Assembly: GCF_009834535.1 (NCBI RefSeq)
Contig: NC_045717.1
Span: 27,156,001 to 27,220,000, forward strand
Origin: Camelus ferus
Taxonomy: Eukaryota
Length of the DNA stretch: 64,000 nt
Reading direction: 5' to 3'
Shown piece after piece: positions 58,546 through 64,000 of the stretch (the first letter of the stretch is position 1; each line of letters opens with the position of its first letter). The notes beneath the pieces are model-generated. The model was not told the DNA's origin. It did not search any database and saw only the letters and a program-made list of their open reading frames with translations. A program made the position numbers and the translations under genes.

Positions 58546-58949
58546 CCCCTGAGTCCCCAACCCCCAGCACAGAGCCTGGTACACAGTAGGTGCCCAAGAA
58601 GTGCAGCCCCTGGCTTCGTAGCCAGAACCCAGAGGCAAAGTTAGAAGTGTGGGTTCACTCGTGGCACAGACGGAACCAGGGGAGGGCTTTGTGAGCAGGA
58701 TGGGGGCAACTTGTGATTTTGGGAGGCTCTTTGGTTGTTGTATCGGAATGGGCTTCAGCGCAGGAAGGGAGACAGTGAATTTTGGGAGCAGTAATACCGT
58801 TCAGCAACTGAAGAAGGAACAGATGGATCCGGGAAAAATGGAGGAAGCCGGGAGAGGGGAAAGGGCCAGGTTCTCAGTGAAGACAGCTGCCCCCATAACT
58901 GCCACCCTGACGTCCTCCTCAGCCGACTGTGAAGAGCTAGGCCAGGGTA

Positions 58950-59200
58950 GGCCACATGGCCAGGAGCTGAGAGCCAGTGGCCCCGCAGTCCTACAACTAC
59001 AAGGAAGTAAATCCTGCAACGAGAGGGGCTGGGAAGCAGACCTTCCCCAGCTGACCCTCCCCGTGAGCCCCAGCCCTGGCCAACACCAGTGAGGCAGCCT
59101 GAGCTGGAGGCCCCAGCTGCACGGGCCCTGGGAAACTGCGATAATCAACACATGTGGTTTAAGCCTCCGTGTTTTGGGGGGGTTGGTTGTGTGGCAGACA
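58950..59200 (+). mobile_element. MLT1 LTR fragment
   Basis: ctacaactacaaggaagtaaatcctgcaac...ggaaactgcgataatcaacacatgtggttttaagcc. Confidence 0.65.
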
Positions 59201-59657
59201 GATGACCCACCCTCTACAGCGGGCTGACCAGCAGTGTCCCCATGCATCTCCCACGGGGCCCCAAAGCCACGATTCCAAAACTGAACTCATGATCTTCTAA
59301 AGCATGCCCCTCCTGCACCTGCTCCCCCCAGGTAAGGGCAACTCCATACTTTCAGGGGCTCAGACCAAATCCTGGAGACTCTCCAGTTCCCTCCCTCCCC
59401 ACGTTGTCTGCCTGCAAACCCTGTTCTAGTTTTAACATACACCCGGAACCCACCTGCTTCTTGTCCCTCCTCCGTCCCTGCTGGACTGGCCCCACCACCC
59501 CTCGGCCCCCAATTGTCCCCATCCTCCCTGCCATCTGCCCCCCACCACCCCTCCCACCTTTCCTGTGCCACCATCCACCCCCCTCGCCCCTGCCCTGAGC
59601 CGCGTAGTCCCCTCTGCCCCGACTCCCGGCGCTGCCCAAGGCCTGTTCTCCCTATAG

Positions 59658-59671
59658 CCACCAGAGGGCGC
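59658..59671 (+). promoter_or_regulatory. CTCF consensus site
   Basis: CCACCAGAGGGCGC. Confidence 0.6.
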
Positions 59672-59759
59672 CTGTGAGCACCAATGGGGCTCGTCCCTGC
59701 TCTGCCCACCGCCCTCCAGGGCTTCCGTGTTCCTGGTGGTGAGTCTGAGGCCTCCCGCA

Positions 59760-60210
59760 CCCCGGGCCCTGCACGGCCTGACTCACCGTCACCTCCTCGC
59801 CCTCACCTCCTCCCTCTTTCCCCGTCACTTATTCCACCCCAACCAACACGGGCCTCCCCGAAGTTTCTCCCGCCCACCGGGCATAGTGCTGCCCCAGGGC
59901 CTTTGCCCCTGCTGTGCCCCCCGCCAGGTGTGCCCTCTCCCCACCTGTCCCCGGGGATGGGTTCTCCCCTCACCTCCTTCAGGTGTCTGCTCTAGGGGAA
60001 CAGTGAGTCCCCCAGATGCACTCCCCACACCTCCAGCCCCTTCCTCCCCTGCAATCTCCAAGGCACTACTGACCTTTAAGTCTGTGAACTTACTTGCCTG
60101 TCTCTCTCAACAGAAGGTGAAGGAGGAGGTTTATGTGCTTTGTTCACCCTTGTTTTCCCTGTACCTGGTAGTGCCTGGCACACAACAGAATGCTGGTTGA
60201 ATTCACAATT
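59760..60210. mobile_element. L2 fragment
   Basis: ccccagggcctttgcccctgctgtgccc...gtagtgcctggcacacaacagaatgctggttgaatt. Confidence 0.6.
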
Positions 60211-60913
60211 ATGATAAGGGCTAGAATTGACGGGGTGATTGGCTCAGCCTCGAAGCCCCTTCCCAGGCAAGGACTCCAGCTGGACCTCACGTGGCTGGGC
60301 CAGAAGCCCCCTGCTCATGTCCCGCAGTGAGCTTCCTTTTCCTAGTTCTCTCATTGGCCCTCCGCTGTCAGTGTGTCAGGCTGGATCACAAACTTGGCTA
60401 GTTTGCATGGTCTTGGAGTTAATCAGCATCTCATTACATACCGCTCGCTGGGTGGAGGTGACGAGCTCTGGCCTGAAAGTGATTTGCAGAAGCTGCGCTG
60501 TCAGTGGAGGAAACGGCGGGCTGTGGCGGGTGGGAGGAGCTCTCAGGCTGCCCCTCTAGTCTGTCCCTCCAGCCCACTGCCACCCGTGTTAGTGCTGCTC
60601 CTTCCAACATCACAGGGAAATGAGGCCGTGGAACCTGTGTCTCCAGCTGTCTTCGCTCCGTGGCTGGCTGCTGCAGCCTGGGCTGGGGCTCAGGCCTGGG
60701 GAGGGGTCGGGGCCTGAGCCTCCTCCTTCCTCTGCTGGCCCCGGGCCCTCCTCGGTTGACTTCAGGCTGGGGTCACAGGTTCCTGCACTTGCGTGCAGCG
60801 TTGGTCACTGGGAGGCGCTGTCGGGCAGGAGGACAGAGGTGGGGTGCCCGTCTCTCACCCGCTCCTCAGTGCCCAGTTCTGTCCGTGGATCTGGAGTTGA
60901 GCTGCTTCTGCTG

Positions 60914-61030
60914 TTTTGTTTGGTTTTTGTTTTGGTTTTGGGGGGAGGTACTTAGGGTTATTTATCGACTTTAATGGAGGCATTGGGGAGTGACCTGGGA
61001 CCTCGTGCACCCACTGAGCTATACCCTCCT
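60914..61030 (-). mobile_element. tRNA-derived camelid SINE (internally deleted)
   Basis: T-rich tail, gggggaggtacttagg...ggacctcgtgc...ccactgagctataccctcc. Confidence 0.8.
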
Positions 61031-61639
61031 GCCCTTCTGGAAGGAAGCAAGGGCTTGTCCAGAGTCAGGGCCCACAGGTGACTGACGATGGAGCCAGCTG
61101 TGGGCTGGGCTGTAGAAAAGTGCATCCCAGGTGGAGAGAGGGCAGGTAAAGGCCCTGAGGTTCCCACCCCAAGGAGTAGGAAGACACGGTGCCATGCACA
61201 AGGGTTAGGGGATTGGAGAGCAGAGGGAAAGTGGGGACCAGGCCGGGCAGGGTTTTGCGGCAGGCACAGTGAGGGCTTGGGTTTTATCCTAGGGTAACGG
61301 GAACTCACAGAGGAGCTCCAGCACTCTCAGAAGGCTGAGCTGGAGTTGGAACCTGGGAGAAGCCCTTGATCGTCAGCTTTGACCTAAAACTCGAGTCAGA
61401 GGATCCTGTGCCAACACCCCCCTCCCCGGTCCTCAGTTTCCCTGTCTGTAACCACAGAGGCAGGTTAGCGACAGCACCTCTCTGATGAGACGCTGGGACA
61501 ATTACACAAGACGGGGCGGGCACAGAAAATGATCAGGGCGGAGTAAATACTCAGCAGAAGGCCTTCATCTGCCTGCGGCGTCACGTGGCCCACGCGACCC
61601 TTGCGCATGTGGCTCTGCGGTGGTAACCTCCCTCCGCTG

Positions 61640-61900
61640 CTGCTGCTGTGATTTACTGGCCTCACTGGTTTCTTGACCAGTCCAGCTGGGGGCTTATCAA
61701 GTCTGTTGATCATTTTAAAGAACCACCTGGGGGTGGGGGACTTTGATAATTCTTTGCACAGTCTTACAGTTCATGCAATTCTACTTTTTTTTTTTTTAAC
61801 TCTTTCCACTTAGTTGTTTTTCTAGTTTCTTTAGGTGAAACCTTAGGTCATTGATTTTAAGATCTTTCTTCTTTTCCAATAGAAGTATTTAAGACTTGTT
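61640..61900 (-). mobile_element. L1 ORF2 fragment
   Basis: gggcttatcaagtctgttgatcattttaaagaacca...ttaggtcattgattttaagatctttcttc. Confidence 0.7.
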
Positions 61901-61949
61901 TTATGACCTTTTACACAGATGATAACATTTTGATTTAAAAGTTTATAGA

Positions 61950-62090
61950 GGGGAGGATATAGCTCAAGTGGTAGAGTGCAAGCTTAGCATGCACGAGGTC
62001 CTGGGTTCAATCCCCAGCCCCTCCTCCAAATATAGATAGATAAATAATTACCTCCCCCACCAAAAAAAAAAAAAAAAAAGAATTGAAAAT
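61950..62090 (+). mobile_element. tRNA-derived camelid SINE
   Basis: gggaggatatagctcaagtggtagagtgcaagcttagcatgcacgaggtcctgggttcaatcccc followed by a polyA tail. Confidence 0.9.
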
Positions 62091-63106
62091 GTTTAAACAG
62101 CGTGCATTAAAATTACATTGTGGAGTGAGTTGTATGGTGTGTGAATTATAACTCAAAAAAAGCTGTGGGAAGGGGCCTGATAATACAGCAACAAACAAGG
62201 GTACATGGAAGAGGCAGGACTTCGAATTCTGTTCCACCATGTATCCTCGAGGATGGAGCGAATCCCTGTTGGCTTCTGGGAGGCAGTGGGTCCTCCTGGA
62301 GGGCCCCCACTGCCTGAGCACCGCTCTCACTCCTGCATTGGCAGGCCCTCCCCTTGTCCTGCACCTGGGTCCCTTCCCATCCCCCTGCAGGGGTCCTGCC
62401 AACAGTCACCTGAATCTGCACCACTGTCCTGGACTCCCCACCCGGCCCTGTGTTTGCAGGACATTTAGGGGCTTCTGACACTATGTGCCCATCAAGAAGT
62501 TTATTGTTTATTTCCTCCCTCCCCTCCTGGAACATCAGGTCCTCCTCTATCTGTTCTTGTCATGTTCCCACCATCCCAAACAGAAACTAGCACACAGTAG
62601 GTCCTTAGTGGATGAAGGAAGGAGGGGAGGAAGGAACGCTTCTTGGCCCAGAGTGGCAGCTCCCTGGGTGGCGGACTTGTACTATGCCTCAGTTTCCCCA
62701 GCTGTGGAAATGGGGCTGCGCCGCCCGCGACCTGCCCAGTCCCTCCCGCTGCCAGGCTGTGGGTGCCGTGTTGGCAGTGCCAGCTCCCTGGGGCGCACTC
62801 TGGCCTAGACTGCCCAGCTTGGCCGGCTCCTGAGGGACCTGCTCTGCTGACACCGTATTCTTTCCCAGACCGTCCAGCCACCTGGCTGACACTCGATCCC
62901 GGCCCCACTTCCAGGCCAGTGACCGCCGACCAGCCTGCTTGGGCCAGGGCCCCACGATGCCGGGCTGGGGGACAAGGGGCCATCTGTGACGCCCAGGGAG
63001 GGGGTGGTGAGCCCAGGGCCCTGCCAAGTCCGGCAGATGCATGAGGACCGGGCCGGTGCCGGGACCTGTGGCCCAGAGCCCGCACCAGGTGTGGCCGCTG
63101 CCTGCC

Positions 63107-63236
63107 ATGGGGACCCTCAGCTGCGACCCCACACCCCGGCTGACAGCCGCACCCGCAGGCCGGCGGGCCCCTGAGTGCCAGGTTCCAGAGACCACCGGCC
63201 TGCGGAGGTCATGCAGGCTGGCCGCCTGGGAGAACG
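63107..63236 (+). CDS. CIMAP1D: ODF3L2 / CIMAP1D first coding exon (gene continues beyond the window)
   Basis: [43 protein letters not shown](G), resembling the recalled human ODF3L2 N-terminus. Donor G|gtaggg. Expected syntenic position, head-to-head with MADCAM1. Confidence 0.85.
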
Positions 63237-64000
63237 GTAGGGGGGCGAGGGGGCCTGGGCTCCGGGGAGGTAGGGGAGCCCAGCTGCATGCAGGAGCCCA
63301 GCCCCAGCCTCAGTCTTCCTCCCTGTGGCACGGGCAGGGCCGGGGTGCTCCCATGGGCTCCTGAGGATGCCTCTACCCAGCATGGGCTGAGGGTCTCACC
63401 GGCCAGGCGCCCCTCGAGGGCAGAGGGGCAGCAGTGGACAGAGGAGCAGGGTCCCTGTGGGGAGACCGACAGGCAAGACCCACTCGCAGCACTGAGTGGC
63501 GATGAGACCTCAGAGAGAAAGCACTGAGCCGCCGGGAGCCTGCAGGCGGAGGGGGGAGACTGGGGTCCTGGGGGCCGAGCACCCCCCGACACTGACTGTG
63601 GGGCTCGCTGAGGGCTCTGGCCCACCTCTCTGTCTGCAGCAAAGCAGCTGGATGCAGGCTTTATGCCCTTGTGGCACTAACATTCTCACAGGGGCCACCA
63701 AGCATCATAGCTCTGACCGCCTCTCTGTGTCCAGACCTCAGTACCCGCCCCCCCATGACCACATCTCTGTGTCCAACCTCAGTGACCCCTCCTGTGATCG
63801 TGTCCCCATGTGCCCTGGGAGGGGGAGGCTGCTGGCCAGCAGCTCCTTCCTGTGACTCAGTTTGACTCACAATGCCCCTGCCACTCACTTTCCCCCTCTG
63901 GGGAGGCAGCCTCTGCTCCCCCACTTCTGCCATAGAGGGTGGCCAGGTACCTGGGTGGGGTCTTAGGGGCTGGGCCCCAGGATCCCCCCCAACTCTTAGG

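Noticed and set aside
9932-62090. tRNA-Ala-like sequences (GGGGAGGGTATAGCTCAGTGGTAGAG...GGTTCAATCCCC) at 8 places
   Set aside because: They are diverged, followed by AT-rich tails and polyA, and at least one has a TSD. They are tRNA-derived SINEs, not tRNA genes.

Overview
GC-rich mammalian genomic DNA, syntenic with human chr19p13.3. It is probably from a camelid, inferred from abundant tRNA-derived vic-1-like SINEs. Five intact minus-strand genes were reconstructed exon by exon with GT-AG boundaries and continuous frames: BSG (272 aa, short isoform), GZMM (254 aa), CDC34 (237 aa), TPGS1 (290 aa) and MADCAM1 (426 aa). The first coding exon of CIMAP1D/ODF3L2 lies on the plus strand. Intergenic and intronic DNA carries SINEs, L1 fragments, MLT1/MER21 LTRs, hAT MITEs, simple repeats and one 131-N assembly gap. 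The most striking observation is that the retina-specific Ig0 exon of basigin (basigin-1, the RdCVF receptor) survives only as a multiply disabled relic. Other notable items are a duplicated poison-type splice acceptor in CDC34 intron 2, a frameshift-shortened MADCAM1 cytoplasmic tail, an orphan two-way CpG island upstream of MADCAM1, an orphan retroposed polyadenylated fragment with a 17-bp TSD, and three retro-insertions stacked at one target site. Orthologue comparisons are from memory of the human and mouse proteins, not from a search. Repeat family names and repeat boundaries are approximate.
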